Shown here one piece after another: positions 37,821-51,289 of a DNA stretch of 64,000 nt. The translations under genes were made by a program, and so were the position numbers. The notes beneath the pieces are model-generated. The model had not been told where the DNA came from, did not search any database, and saw only the letters and a program-made list of their open reading frames with translations. The DNA lies in assembly GCF_009834535.1 (NCBI RefSeq), contig NC_045696.1, forward strand, positions 48,982,001 through 49,046,000, written 5' to 3'. Each line of letters begins with the position of its first letter. Within the stretch, counting starts at the first letter, position 1. Source of the DNA: Camelus ferus (Eukaryota).

Positions 37821-39206
37821 GGACATCAAAATGCACATCTTTACAGGTTGCCTCCCAGGGCCTGGGCTATACAGTCCCATTCACCCCTCCCTCTGAATGA
37901 ATGAACACACTGAAGTTTGAGGGACAAAGCTGAGCAGTGCTGGCCAGGATGCAGGTACAAATCCAGCTACTAGTGCAAAGCCTGTGATGTCAGAGGCTGG
38001 CTTCACTCAGGGAAAAAAAAGAGCTGCTCATGTAGTGGTTAGCATTACTCAGCACACTTCTACACTAGATGCATTCTCTCCTCCACTTCCCCACTAGAAT
38101 CACAAGGAATGCTGCCTAGGGAGGCCATACAGTTATTCCAATTCCTGGCTCCCTGCAGGACCCCTTCTCTCCCACCCCACCATACTTCCTTGTCTTCCTA
38201 GTAGAGTGTCGGCACCCCCTGACTAGCCCTATCTCCCCATCCTCCTCCATGCGGGGCTGCTCCAAAATCTCAATGATCCCTGGATTGCAAATTTTTACCC
38301 AGAATCTGCTATTTCATTCCCATAGGATACATACCCAACTCTAGTCCCTGACTCTCCCTTTTGATGCCCCAACCTAGGAACCTCCCCACAAGAGCTCAGT
38401 GTGCCCACATGCAGGGATGCTGTTCAGCCCCCAGAGGTCATTTGCCAGACAAGATGCAAAAGAAATTTGTACCACATGAATCTCACTAAACCTGAAGTCC
38501 ATGATTCCTCTGGATTCCACATGTCAGAAATTATTGGGTGTATAATATATATAAATTCACATGTCACAATCTGAACCCATTTGTCTCCATAAACCTATTG
38601 CACTTCAAAATTCTTCGTGACTGATTTTCCCCATTTTCACATATCACTTGAAGCAAAGCTGAGATTATTAAAGCTCTTGGGTGAATTTGCTGCCTAAGCA
38701 GACTCAAAGCCAACTTAGAAGTCCTAAAACAACAAGCTTGTGGCCACTGAACTTCTGGCTGGTCCTGCAGAAGAGACCAGAAAAAAATTTCTCTAATCAA
38801 CTAATCATTATTGAGTGAAGTGACTATCATTCTTTAAAAAATGGTAAAGAAATGACTGGCAGGAACCACCTTTGCTTCTCAGCAACTCTCCAGAGAATTA
38901 AAAAACCGAAGCATCAGACAACAATTTTCTCTGAAGATGACCCTTCATATTAAATAAAAAGCTGAAGAGCTAATCTTAAAGGGAAAGAAAATGAATAATC
39001 TGTGAGGGCAACTACTCATTCCTGAGTATACAGTAACAAAGGGACTAAAATATGGTAGGAAGCATCGCAGAGCATCGCACTACAAATTAAGTATATTTTC
39101 GTCTTCAAGGTAACATTTACTGAGAGCCTACTATGAATCAGACATTGGAAAAAGCTGCTGTTTGATATGGTTATCAAAAAGTGTATACTGATCAACATAA
39201 TGTAAA

Positions 39207-39370
39207 TCAGTTGTTTTCTAACTTTAGCAGGCATGAAAATTACATGGAGGGCTTTTAAAACTCAGATTGCTGGGCCCCATCCCTAGTGTTTCTGGTTCAG
39301 CAGGTCTGGATTAGCAAATGAGGAAGTAGACTTCTAACAAGGTCTGGAGACTGGACTTTGAGAACCACTG
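39207..39370. mobile_element. MER5A-like hAT MITE
   Basis: 'cagttgttttctaacttt...cagattgctgggccccatccctagtgtttctggttcagcaggtctgg...ctttgagaaccactg'. Confidence 0.85.
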
Positions 39371-41209
39371 AATTAAATCATCTCAGGTATAAGATGAGAC
39401 ACACTTACTCGGAACAGGTTAAACAGGGGGCATTCCTAACCACTTATTATGACCAAATGAAGACGTATGGACTCTGAAATGATTATCCACTGGGTTGACT
39501 CCTCCAGCCACGCTGCCTTCCCACCTACATTTTGAACTTTTAGAAGGACATGGCCAGAAGGCACTATGTTGAAATGTGGATACTGGTGACACTGGGTTTG
39601 CCAACAGGTCTTTTCTCTAGGAGCACCTCTGTCTGTACCGCTCCCCCCCCACCCCCAACAACTCTCCTTCCAGTTTCAACCTCAGACTTGTTACAAGCTT
39701 CAGAAAGTAGACATCAAGGTAGCTAATTATTAAAAAGCTAGGAATGTACATATAAAGCAGTCATGAAAGTTTTATTTTTCTAAAGAAAAAAATTGAGCAT
39801 TTTCCTTTTCTTAAGTTCTTGCTCTTTTCTAAAATTTCATCATCTCATTTTAAAACTTTACCCCTCTGGGCTGAAAATCAGCACAGAAAAAGCAATGTGT
39901 GACCTTTGATTTAGCCTAATAAAACAGTAACAAATAACACACTCAGTGGGTGGTTAAATCTGATAATATTTTGTGCTGAATTTTCTGTAGTAATTCAATT
40001 AGAAATCCTGTGGCCAGCCACCAGAAAGCATGCAGATGGCTAAAGTTTTATAGTATTATATATTTAGTCTTAAAATAGCCTATATTAATTTGGTATCTTT
40101 ATTTATTAACCTAAATACTTCAAGTGAGTTTCTCCCAAATATAATTTAGGATAACCATTTATATTTGTGCTGCTTAAAAACTCCAGCTGGCTCACATCAT
40201 TATGGTGCTTAAAATTCCAATTAAAGAGGGAGAAACACTAATCAGAAAGAGAGTGCATTACAAAAGCTGCATGAATATGTCCACCACAATATCACTGTTT
40301 CTTAAAGGTTCTCCGGAACCGATGCATGCTGGGTCTTCTATGTCCTCCTGCAAGCAGCAGGACCCCTGGAAAAGGAATACTGCCACACAAAGCAAGCTGA
40401 AGCCATTCAGGATCACTGAGTCGTTCGGTCACATCTAATCCTGCCAGGGTTCCCAGCCAAAGAGCCAACGATCCTGGGCTGTCTTCATGCCTTCTCTAAT
40501 GACAGCCTTGGAGCATTCCAGAAAACTTTAGCACTTCCTTTTTTTTTTTAACCATAAATTGCACAGAACTCTTCCAGATTCTTAGTCTATAATTTCTCAT
40601 AAAACTCTTTGAGATCCTCTGGTGAAGATAAATGGCAAGAATTATTGGACTTTAAATTGTTATCCTTCAATGTTATATGCACTGGATCATAACTCCATGG
40701 CTTTGGTTCCCTCATAAAACTAAACCACGAAGCCATTCTTTTCATTTCAAGCTTAGCAGCACACAGGCCCAGGGGTGAAGCAATATAAACACTCTTGAGT
40801 AATTTCTCAAAACCAAATCTCTTCTGCAAAAACAGACTTGCAACTCAGTAGTGTATAATCCTCCTCTGAACCTGTGAAGTTTGTAGTCCTCCTGCCACCC
40901 ACGTAAAACAGTGAGAATGACGTTCGTGGGTTAAGGTGGGACAGGCCTGGGAACTGTCTGGAATCACAGAGCTTAGGTTTAGTCCCAGCTCCACTACTCT
41001 GTTGCCCTAGATAATTTACCAAGTTAGATGATTGTTTTGAGGGGAGAAATGTGACACCTCAGGTTCACAGAACTCTTTTTTAACCTCAGGTTCACAGAAT
41101 TAGTTTAATCAAAATTACTGGTTAATGACACTTGTCATCATTGCTCCCCTGCATGGCCTTCTTTTTTACTTACTGCCTTAAGTGTTCATTTTCAACATAC
41201 ATACGCTTA

Positions 41210-41860
41210 GGGATACACTTAAGAAAGAGTTATGCAAAATGTGCACTAGATATATGCATATAAATGTTCATAGAGGAACTATTTACAATATAAAAAGTTT
41301 GGAAAAATCCAAATGCCCATTGTTAGGATAATGTGGTAGACACTCACAATGGAATTGCAAACAAACAAAGAAGCTACAGCGACCTACAACAATATGGAGT
41401 CATTTGATGTTTCTGAGCCTCTGTTTTGCCCTCTTAAATGGCAAATGACAATGATACCACTTACCTTACCCTTTTCTGAGGATTAAGCAGATATTGTATG
41501 TAAAAAATCCTCAGAAAATTACAACTAATAAATGTTGGTTATTTTCCTCCCACATTCTTTACTACTTCTCCAGTTATCCAAGAATAACCTGGAGACATCA
41601 TAGTAAAGAACAAGCAAGCAGAAGACAATCCAGAGGACACAAGTTTGGATTGCACTGCGGGGAAACACACCTCTAATCCTGCAATTATTCTGCATGTGGA
41701 TTCGGATAAGTTAATTAACCTCTCTCAACCTCAGTTTTCTCTCATGTGAAATGGAAACAAAATGAGTACCAATTTAAGGGGGCTTTAATGAGGTAATTCA
41801 AGTGTTTAGCACACTGCCTGATATACCATAAGTATTCACATAATTGATAACTATTATATT
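41210..41860 (+). mobile_element. Old L1 3' fragment (about 41210-41400) followed by two MIR fragments
   Basis: 'atgttcatagaggaactatttacaata...ggaaaaatccaaatgccc', then 'tctgagcctctgttttgccc' and 'aacctctctcaacctcagttttctctcatgtgaaatgg'. Confidence 0.65.
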
Positions 41861-42349
41861 AACAGGGACTCCTTTTGCATTTGTCAAATGAACAGAGTTG
41901 CTATGCTCTGCCCTTTCTCACCATTCACCCTCTCCACACACACACACTCACTCATGCAAATATATTTTCTTTGCTTTTGCCTATTCTTCAGCTCTTCATA
42001 TCTATATTAGGATTGAGGGCAATAAATAAGTGCAATAATTAGGCCCAGAGCTCCTGGCCATGAACATCAGGACAGAAACAGGCACAATTTCATTAGATGA
42101 TAGCAGTCTTAAATATAAAGTTCTTGGAATTTTACTCAGAAAGTCCATTAGAAGCAAGGTTCGTTTGCATTTTATTATTTAAAAAACCTGCAAATAGGGA
42201 AAGGCAACCATTTTCACTATCCACATAAAATAATAAAAGAAGTGTGGAAATAATCCTTTCAATGCCACACAGCCTAGTTGGAGTGAAAATGATTCAGCTA
42301 CAGTCTTTGAAACATAAACATTGGGAAGGACATATCTCACATTTGCTGA

Positions 42350-43063
42350 ATTTGTTAAAACAGTCCTGGGCAGGTCATAGTGGAAGAAGCTGGGACCTGA
42401 AACTAGATCTGCCAGCAGGGAGGCCAGCCCAGCTGCAGGTGCTGGGAGAGTGTCCAGTCTGGCAGGCAGAACAAAGTAGCTGAAGAAGATGGCAGTGCAG
42501 GAGAGTTGATAGTGCAGCCAGGAAACTCTCATCAGGAGGCAAACATGAAACAGTGGAAGTTCACTCAGTATGAAGTCACAGCCTGGTGCCAAGGAATCCA
42601 GAAGGAAAAAGTGCCCCGACAGTCAGGCAGGCAGCATGAGAGCCTAACATGAGACAGCGGAGGCTCAGTCAGCCTATGGAGCAGGGGCTGGACCCTGGTG
42701 GCTGAGAAAGAGGAGGAATGGCAGGTGTAAGGTTGAGTCTTATGTGCGCTCAGAGGACTTGGGCACAACTAGCAAATTCCTAAGACAGGAACTCAGTCCT
42801 TGGTAACGAGACAAAAATCCAGGTACAAGAACTAAAGTGCAAGGTAGATGAAACACAAGGAACAAGACACAAATATGATTCTAGAAATACGGCAGAAGCC
42901 AAAGGCAGACTGAAGCCAAAATAACTTGATGCTGAGAACAAAAGTATTGGGTTAGCGTTCTTTAAATGCCTCCTCTCCCAGGTCAAGTCTGGCCACAGAG
43001 AGCTTAGCAGGCTCATCATGGTGAGAGGAGGGGCAGCAGCTGGACAACAGGAAGGACCTGACA
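42350..43063 (-). mobile_element. Possible ancient solo LTR (Gypsy-derived mammalian LTR type)
   Basis: Strand-skewed block, purine-rich on the plus strand. The minus strand begins TGTCAGGTCC, has a TTTAAA box about 100 nt in and then a long pyrimidine-rich body. Family not firmly recognised. Confidence 0.35.
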
Positions 43064-44569
43064 ATAACAAGACCCAGAAAGCCAGGCCCGCCGTCCTGAA
43101 ATTACAATCAATATAATTAACCTGAAACTTTCTAAACAACAAGTAGCAGCACTTTTATTTAACCCAAATCCCAGCACAACAACCACAAAAAATTAGGAAA
43201 GTCCATGTGGGCTTGTTTTAATGAACCTGACCTATAGTAAAATGATAGGTTTTTAAATTTGGAGGCAGCTGCCCTGCCCACAGAAAATGCAAAAGCATCT
43301 CTTTTCCTAGTTTCTCTCCTTTTCATTAGTGTGTGAATTTAATCTATAAGAATGAAGTAACTTTTGAATTTCTTCTCATCTCTGAGATACACAGGCTTTT
43401 TTGTCCTTGTCCTCCCTCTAAAGAATAAAGACATTTTTCAAGTCTTGGCCATTCTTCTGAGAAAAATAGCTTTAATAGGGCCCTAAAGCAGTGAACTCTG
43501 ATAATAAAAATCCAATATAAAAGTTATTTATGTATTTAGCACACCACTAGAATCTACTGCCTACCACAAAGTGACGCACACACACACACAAATGTTGGTC
43601 ACACCCATGGCTCCATTCATGTAGAAGAAGAATCACCACAAAGCCATCCTTGGAAGTCAAGAATCTCCTCTTTTAGATGTGAACACTCATGAAATGGAGA
43701 AAGAGTAGTTTCATAAGCCAAGTGCGACGGCCACCGGCAGCCTGACCGCCAGGCCATGCAGATGCAACCAATCACCAACTGGCACATGTCTCCGCCATCG
43801 ATGTCAGCGTGTCCTAACGAGCGAGGGATCTTCAGCTAAATAGGTACTCATGAGCAACTGCTCCTGGAACGCCTGATAATTAACAGCTGTGTGCTGCAAT
43901 TAATTTTTATTTATGCCTTAGATATTCAGGCAAGATATTATTTCTTGGTTATGACAGATTCATACTTCATGCCGAGTCTCAAAGCAGCAATAAGAAAACA
44001 ACATCCATTTTGTTTTTGTTTTTATTTTTTTCTTAATTCAACTGCTCTGCCATTTGTATCTCAAAACACCGTGTTGCCTTGTGTTCAGCAAGCAAATTCC
44101 AGAGTCCATGCAAAGGACCATGGGGGAAAAGCTGGCAGAGGCATCCTAGGCTTTCCCTAGGCATTCACAAACCCTTAGAGGGTGCCAGAAGGGACCATCT
44201 AAATTAAGGCGACGACACTGAGGTCTCAGCAGTCTTAATTCACCTCTGTGGCCCCTGTGGGCATGTTATTTCATTCAGCAATTGTTAATTGAATGTCCAC
44301 TACGCACATGGTGCTGTTCAAAGGTTTGCAAAATGAAGAGGCTAGATAGTATTTTTCCAGATCCCTTCCAGCTTTACAATTTCACAAGTTAGTAAATCTA
44401 GAAAACACACAGACCAGGATCCTCAAGGAGTTTACAATTCTGAAAATGAAATCAGATCATACTAACAAAAAAATCATAAGACAAAACAGGAGCAATGAGC
44501 ATCAAATATAAGAGGCAAGTGTTAGAAGACTGTAGAGGAGTACTGTGAACGCCAGGCTGTCTTCCATGG

Positions 44570-44712
44570 CAAACTTCAGCACGCTTCAGGGCTTATTAAA
44601 GCACATCAGTGGGCCCCACTACCAGAGTTTCTAATTCAGTAGGTCTGGGGAGGGGACCCCAAATGTACATTTCTCACACCTTTCCAGGTCATGCTGATGC
44701 TGCTGGTTCAAG
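44570..44712. mobile_element. MER5A-like hAT MITE
   Basis: 'gggccccactaccagagtttctaattcagtaggtctgggg...ttccaggtcatgctgatgctgctggttcaagaaccacatcttgag'. Confidence 0.85.
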
Positions 44713-46310
44713 AACCACATCTTGAGACCCAACGTTCCGTGGGAAGCCACCAAAGTTTATCGCCACAAAATAACATGATGGAAGCAGTGTTTTGGGAAAG
44801 TTAATCTAGAAAGGGTGGGTAGGATCAGCTGGAAGGAGGCTGACAGATTTACAGAGGCCCCAGGAAGGCAATGGTCCAGGCCAGATGACTTAGATTTTAA
44901 AGAATTGACCTGACTAGCACAGAATTGACTCAAATAGCAAATTGGCTATTTGGTGACTCAAAAGGATTTCTGATGCACAGAATGGAACCCTGAATAGCTT
45001 AACTTAGCAATGCTATGTCCGGATATCTCTAGGGGTAAATAAGCCCTTAGAAACCACATCTAGCTTTAATATGGAGCTGTTGAGATTGTCCAGATATGAG
45101 AGGCTCAGAAGCTCCTATTCATCTCCCTCTCAAGTTATTCACAGTACATAAAATTCCCACCATGAGAGGGCGGTCAAGGCGCAGACTCCTTGAAGCCTGT
45201 TGAAGTTGGTGCGTATCCATCTCAATTAGAAACTTTTGCTCCTCTGTTGCCACTAAGGGACAAAAGTGGTTTTTCTCTTGAAACTCCAGCTTCGGGAATG
45301 CAGGTCTCCCCGATGCTGCCTTTCACAGTGAGTCACTTGGATCCTCACATGTTCCAGCCAGTAATTTAAGACACAAGAATCCCTGCAGCTTTACTACACG
45401 GAGAGGAATTTGGGAACACGAGTGACATGCGTGTCGCCAAACTGCAGGCATGTGGTGGTTACCAAGCTGTCTTCTCTAGCTTGCCTTCCAAAGACCTTCC
45501 TCCTTTATCGTTTCAGGTCAGGCAGTCGAGGCCCTTAGCACTCAACCCACACCATCTATTTCTTCTCTGTCTCTCCAGACCAAACATCCCAAGAGCTTTA
45601 GCTACTTGACTCCCACCTGTCCTTCCCCACACCCCAAAACCAAAGGACATTCCTAACCTCCATCATGCGGTTACAGAGTTTAAGCCCAGCAACATGGGAG
45701 TCTGTCTGAAGTCACACTGAGCCTCCTGTTCCCAAGGCCTGGCCCCTCTTTGCTTGGCTCACCTGTTCTGGTAATTCATAGTCTATGCCAGAGTCCCCGT
45801 CTCTATTTCTGGCATATATGGAGCCTACTGACTCTGATACTTGTCACTTTGTCAGCCCGGGCCCTGTCCCAACCCTTCCTCAAACATTTCAGAGTGAATT
45901 TACAGCTACCTATCCTCCATCGCATCCCTTTCCCCCCTAAAAAAGCAACAAACCAAAGAGATTTAATAATGGTCTTTGCAACTCGTTGTCCAAAGTACAA
46001 AGCGTCCACAGTTCAGTAACAATGTGGGGGAGATTCCAGCTGGATTCCCAAGCTCCCCTCTACCAGCTCCTCCCCAGTTTGTCCATATTATGACAGAGTC
46101 TGCTCAGTCCCCTTCTGCCCAGGTCTCTTAGGGTTTCTCTGTCCTTTATGCAGGCACCCTTCCCCAGGGAGAAGGGAAGAGAGCTCTGTTCTGTATCCTA
46201 GTCAGCTGGCTTAAGGGCCTCTTTCTACCCTGTTCTGTGGGAACTTACTAAATGTCAGGCCTTAGGCCAGATGCTGAGAATCCAGAGATGAATTAAGAAC
46301 AGACAGACAA

Positions 46311-46464
46311 GGAGGAGGGTATAGCTCAGTGGAAGAGCACGTGCCTAGCACGTCCTGGGTTCAATCCCTAGTACCTCCATTAAAAATAAGTAAATAAATA
46401 AAACCCCAATTACCTCCCCCACCCCAAAAAATAAAAAAATTATAAATAAATAAAATTTTTAAAA
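46311..46464 (+). mobile_element. tRNA-derived camelid SINE (Vic-1-like) with 16-bp TSD
   Basis: Head 'ggaggagggtatagctcagtgg', A box TAGCTCAGTGG, B box GGTTCAATCC, A-rich tail. TSD AAGAACAGACAGACAA at 46295-46310 and 46465-46480. Confidence 0.9.
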
Positions 46465-48189
46465 AAGAACAGACAGACAAACAGACATCATTCCTTCTTT
46501 CGTAGAGCTTTCAGTCTAGCAGTCAGACTTCCCTACCTAGGAAGCTTTCAGACTTCCTAAATATAGATAAAAGACAAGAAAATTAATATGGAAGTGACCA
46601 TCTTAATACTATTTGGAAATAGGCCAGATTTTTTTAATAATCAATGTGCATCCCAATGTGTAAGACGTCTTCTTGAAAATTACTTTAAAAAAAAGAAAAA
46701 GGATTTACACCTGTTGCAGTCTGTTTGGTTGCCCAGACAGAAAAGCGTTTCTAAAGATTTTGTCACAGTGTAATGCAATCTCCTGCAATTGTTGCCCCAG
46801 GTGCCTTTCCCTCACTGAAATCTATCATTAAAAGAGGCTCCTACATATCGGATGAAATGAAATGTGGAGAAGAATAAAAAAGGCCCTTTTCTCACCTTCC
46901 AGAATTGGCACTAGTTAAAAAAAATGTATTCATGAAATTGTGTTTCTAATACAAACATCAACTTTTCACCTAGCAGCAAAGTTAGAGAACTTTGCTTTCT
47001 TTCACTTTCCTGCTAACAAGTTTCTGATTATAAAAGGAATACATGCTTATTATAGAAAATATTGAAAATATAAGGAAGGAAAGTGAGAAGGAATCACCTC
47101 TAATCTCACTGACTAGAACTAACCACTTTTAATGTTGTGGTTTATTTCCTTCCAGTGTTGTTTTTCTATCTGCACTCATCATTAGACAAAAAGCGTGTCC
47201 TTGATAATTAGATATTATTTGAAAACATCAGCAAGGCTAAGTCTTTATATTTATAATGAGGTCATTTTCTCCCATGAATCTCAGCCACTATCTCTTGTCA
47301 GAGAGAGCAACACCCACTTCTCATTTACTCTAAATGTGACCTTGAGATCATACCAAAAGAAAAAGAAGAAAAGGTAAGGAAAATACTGATAATAAAAATC
47401 TCTGAAATGAACTGAGGAATAAAATGCTCCTGCAACTGCACTTTCCTCCCTGAAGAGAATTCCAATAAACTCAAGAGAGGTAAGGGATGGTGTCCAACTC
47501 TGTCTTCAGTCCTAACAGATTAGTCTTTAAGGTTTTGTAGTAATTCCAGTCTCCCGGCATTGACCCTCATCCTGGAAGCATGAAAGTATTAAAAAAAAAA
47601 AAAAAAAGTAAAGTTCAGAATTCTAGTTTGCAAACTCCAGGTAACCTGGCTTGGCAACAATCTATTTAAAAAAAAAAAAGAATTCAGAGATTTTTATTAA
47701 ATTGGCATCAGCCTAATGTGAGCCAATGTGTGATACGTTTTCTATAGAAGCAAGAGAAAAAAAAACCTTTAAAAACCTAATAACTCTTATTTTATATGGA
47801 GTGTTAGGGTAACAAACCATTTTCTATTTTGTTTGTTTTAATTTTTAAAAAAATCTTAACTTTTTAAAAAATTATTATTCTTGACATCACTTCATAGTTA
47901 TGTTGATTTAGTCATAAAAGTAGCACATAATCATTTAAACTGCTTTCTTTCACATTTTGTCCTCTGAACAATCCTAAGAAGTGAGTAGGCAGATGAAGAT
48001 TGCTATCCCAGTTTCAGAGATCAGTCTTCCAGCATCTGGATGTGCTGACTGACTCATCTAAGGTCATGTAGGAAGTCAAACAGCTGGAGCTAGAAACTGC
48101 TAACTTCAATGAATCGTTCTTTTCAAATAATCTATTTTGAGCATTTTTTATAGAAATATGGATTGTCTATATTCTGTCCTACTAGGAAA

Positions 48190-48610
48190 TTTATAGCATT
48201 CTATTCAAGTCTGTCACAAAACACATTTTAAGAGGAAAATTGGTAGTCTCAAGTGGGCTCCAGAGGAGGGTGACTAAGATTGTGAGAACTATAGAAACTA
48301 TGTTCCATGACCAATAATGGCGGGAGGAACTTGGTCTATTTAGCTTGAAGACGGAAAATCAAAAGGAGATAAGAGATCGCCTTTAAAGTTTAAAAGTCTG
48401 TCAAATGGATGAGTGAGTAGACTTTTTTCATATTGCTACAAATATCAGGCAAGAATAGAACTTCAAAAGAAGAGATTCCAACACAGTAAGAGATGTCTTC
48501 TGAACCAATGGAACTGTTCAACTGTAGAGAAAACTGCTCTTTCTATAAGATGGTGAACTCCCCTTCCCTGGAGATATTGAAGGAAAAATTGTCGAAGATG
48601 CTGTGATGAC
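48190..48610 (+). mobile_element. CR1/L3 LINE 3' fragment
   Basis: 'ctccagaggagggtgactaagattgtgag...ggaacttggtctatttagcttgaag...ggtgaactccccttccctggagatattgaag'. Confidence 0.75.
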
Positions 48611-48706
48611 TTTTTGGTTCTATATCTTTACTTTTCCTTTGTTTTTCTTGGCTCGCTAAGACAACATAGACTGCACAGAATGTGACAGAAAAGAAACTAC
48701 TGTAAG

Positions 48707-48868
48707 CCAGGTGTCTCCAAACTGTTTTCAGAGGGAAAGAATCTCCTGGGGTGGCTGATGGCCACCCCTGAATCAGTAGGTGCAGAGACCTCAGAGAAAG
48801 AGCCTGGGAAAATGTTGTGACAAGTGCCCCCAGGTGATTTTTATCATCATGGAAGTTTGATAAACACT
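48707..48868. mobile_element. MER5-family hAT MITE
   Basis: 'gtgtctccaaac...gaatctcctgggg...ccccaggtgattttt...aagtttgataaacac'. Confidence 0.55.
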
Positions 48869-51289
48869 TTCAAAGCATCCTTTTGTCCATGTGCTTCTCA
48901 CAACAATCCTGGAGGGCAGAAGAGAAACTAAGGCTCAGAGTCAGCACTGTGCACAAGGTCTCACAGCCCTGAAGTGCTGGTGCCCTCGAGGCATGAGCAC
49001 CTGGGGAGTTTGATCTGGACTCAGGGATCTTTCTTACCCTCTGCGAGACTGAAAGACATGAAGCAAGGAAATGTGTACTTTGAAAGGGGGGTTTATTAGA
49101 TGTGCATTTTGGATTTTTTTAAAAATAAGTCATGAGTCCTTGGCGTGCCTGGTAAAATGTGGAGGCACCTAATTGGTAGTGTCCCAATTTAGGCAGGGAC
49201 TACGTTGAAGTTCACGTCTTTGTCTTTCATGAATAATTGTGAAAGGGTGTACTAACCAAATAAATAATTTCAACGTGATTACAAAGAGAACAACATTTTA
49301 ATGCACTTAGCAGAAGCAATTTACATGCATACAATTATTGTGCTAATTTCAGTGATCTTTAGCTATTCATTAAAACAGGCCTGGCAGGTCTTACACTTGG
49401 CAACACTGTTAGTCATTTCCTGCCATTACTTTATGTACTCAAAAGTAATCAGTCATCTATAATTTAAGACTTTTCACTAATTAAATAGCCCTTTCTCTAA
49501 TTATGTCCAAATTAGAGAGGTTAGTATGTGGATAAATATATTTGTATTTGGTCCATGTATTCAGAGATGGTGACTCCTCTGCATGTGGCAACAAAAACCA
49601 GTATGTGATCTACAGTCTTTAACACAAGGAGAGGAAAATGGTAGAATGCATAAGAAAGACCTTTCGACTTAAAATCTCTGCAGCAGAGGAAAAGTATTCT
49701 CTTTGAGGTGGGCTTTACGTTCAGCCTTGTAAACCCAGAGATGTCTGGATTTGTTGACCTTCAGGGAATAATACAATAATCATCTGTTTTTTCAGGCCTT
49801 TGCCTAAGAGGTGAAATGGAACGAGGTTCAGGGAGAAAAGGAGTTAAAGGTTGTGTTTGCAGGAATGTGTTTGCTGACATTGATCAATGGGTAATTTTGT
49901 GATTGTAGGTTTATTCACAGAGAGGGTTCAAAAGCAGATCAATAATAAAGCAATGGTGAAGATGCCAAAGAAAAGGTGATTAATGAAAAACATGGTGGAG
50001 CTGCAATCTGCCACGTAGTACGAACACTCCTGCATTCAGCACCCTATAAATAAATACGCATCAGATGGAAAGAGAGCATTCCCTTGGAATGCTGTTAGCA
50101 CCAGGCAGAATCTCATCAGAGCCCATGCTTCAAAGGGCAGTTCCTCATGTCCACAGAAGCAAGTTTAAATTCTCTTGTGTAAAGTCTCTGTAAGCAATTC
50201 CACTCTTGCATTATGCATGACTCTGACATTGTAACATGAGCAGTGTTCTAATAGTGATTTCCAGTTTTATTTCCTGTGTTACATTTAACGATGCTATTTA
50301 GGTTAGCATTTTTCTCTGGCCACATAATATCTTGTTACATTTCCTCATATAGCATTTAACTATGGTAGTAGTACTGTAACCCAGTAATGTACAGACAAGA
50401 ATTTAGTGCAGACTTTAAAGGATTTGTTGCTTTTAAAGCCAGTGCTTTGTTGCATCATTTTCATTGTGGCAATTTAGTGTGTAATGATGAACATTAGGCA
50501 GGATGCCAGCGCCCTACACCAGGGAATGATGATAGTAATAACGAGCTGTGTAAAAGTGAATGCCAAAGTCTAAGACAGCCAGACCTGACAGCAGGTGATG
50601 CGCCTTTCCCAGGGTAAGAACACCCAAGTTCTTAAATGTAGAGCTCCAGGAACGGTCAACCCTAGGTAAACTTGTGAAGAAGCCAAAAACCTCACTCTTC
50701 CCCTTCTTATGCCTCCCTCTTCACCCTCCTTTTGCAGAAGCCCAGGCTTTTCTTCCTGGTGACCTTTGCCCATAAAAAAGGATGTGAAACCAGACTTCAG
50801 CACCTAGAGGATATCATGTCAGGGAATAGCCTCTCCACAAGTCATGTGTATCTAAGTCTTATTTATTATTTCTCAATGTCAATGCCCTATTTAAATTACT
50901 GCATCACTCATTAGGTAAGTCATGGGTGATATCTGAGTGGCAAACGTGAACAGTTTTCTTTTCAGATCTTGTTTTTAACCGTCCAGAGAGGATATATCTA
51001 CACTGCATGAAGGGTAAAATCAAATGCTTTCGATTAACCTGTTAATTCGATCCATGCATCACAGCATTGAGAAATGCGATGATTCTTCTTAAGCTTTTAC
51101 TAGGCAGTTTCAACATCTTCACTGATAAGCAAGTGACTTCCCAGTACTTTCCTCTCCATGAACTGTGATGGGTGCATATAAAGAAAATTATGTTTATGTG
51201 TGATGTGTGTTATTATGTAACATACTGTATAAAAAGCAACTCTTATATGCCATGTGCTTTATAAACATTATCTCATTCAGAACTCTGTA

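Noticed and set aside
40258..40366. Possible minus-strand coding exon (ttccag|GGGTCC...CTTTT|gtaatg)
   Set aside because: One frame is open, but the donor is weak and nothing links it to the 33692-35043 model.
46311..46380. tRNA gene
   Set aside because: It has A and B boxes, but the anticodon region is shortened and it carries an A-rich tail and 16-bp TSDs, so it is a SINE.
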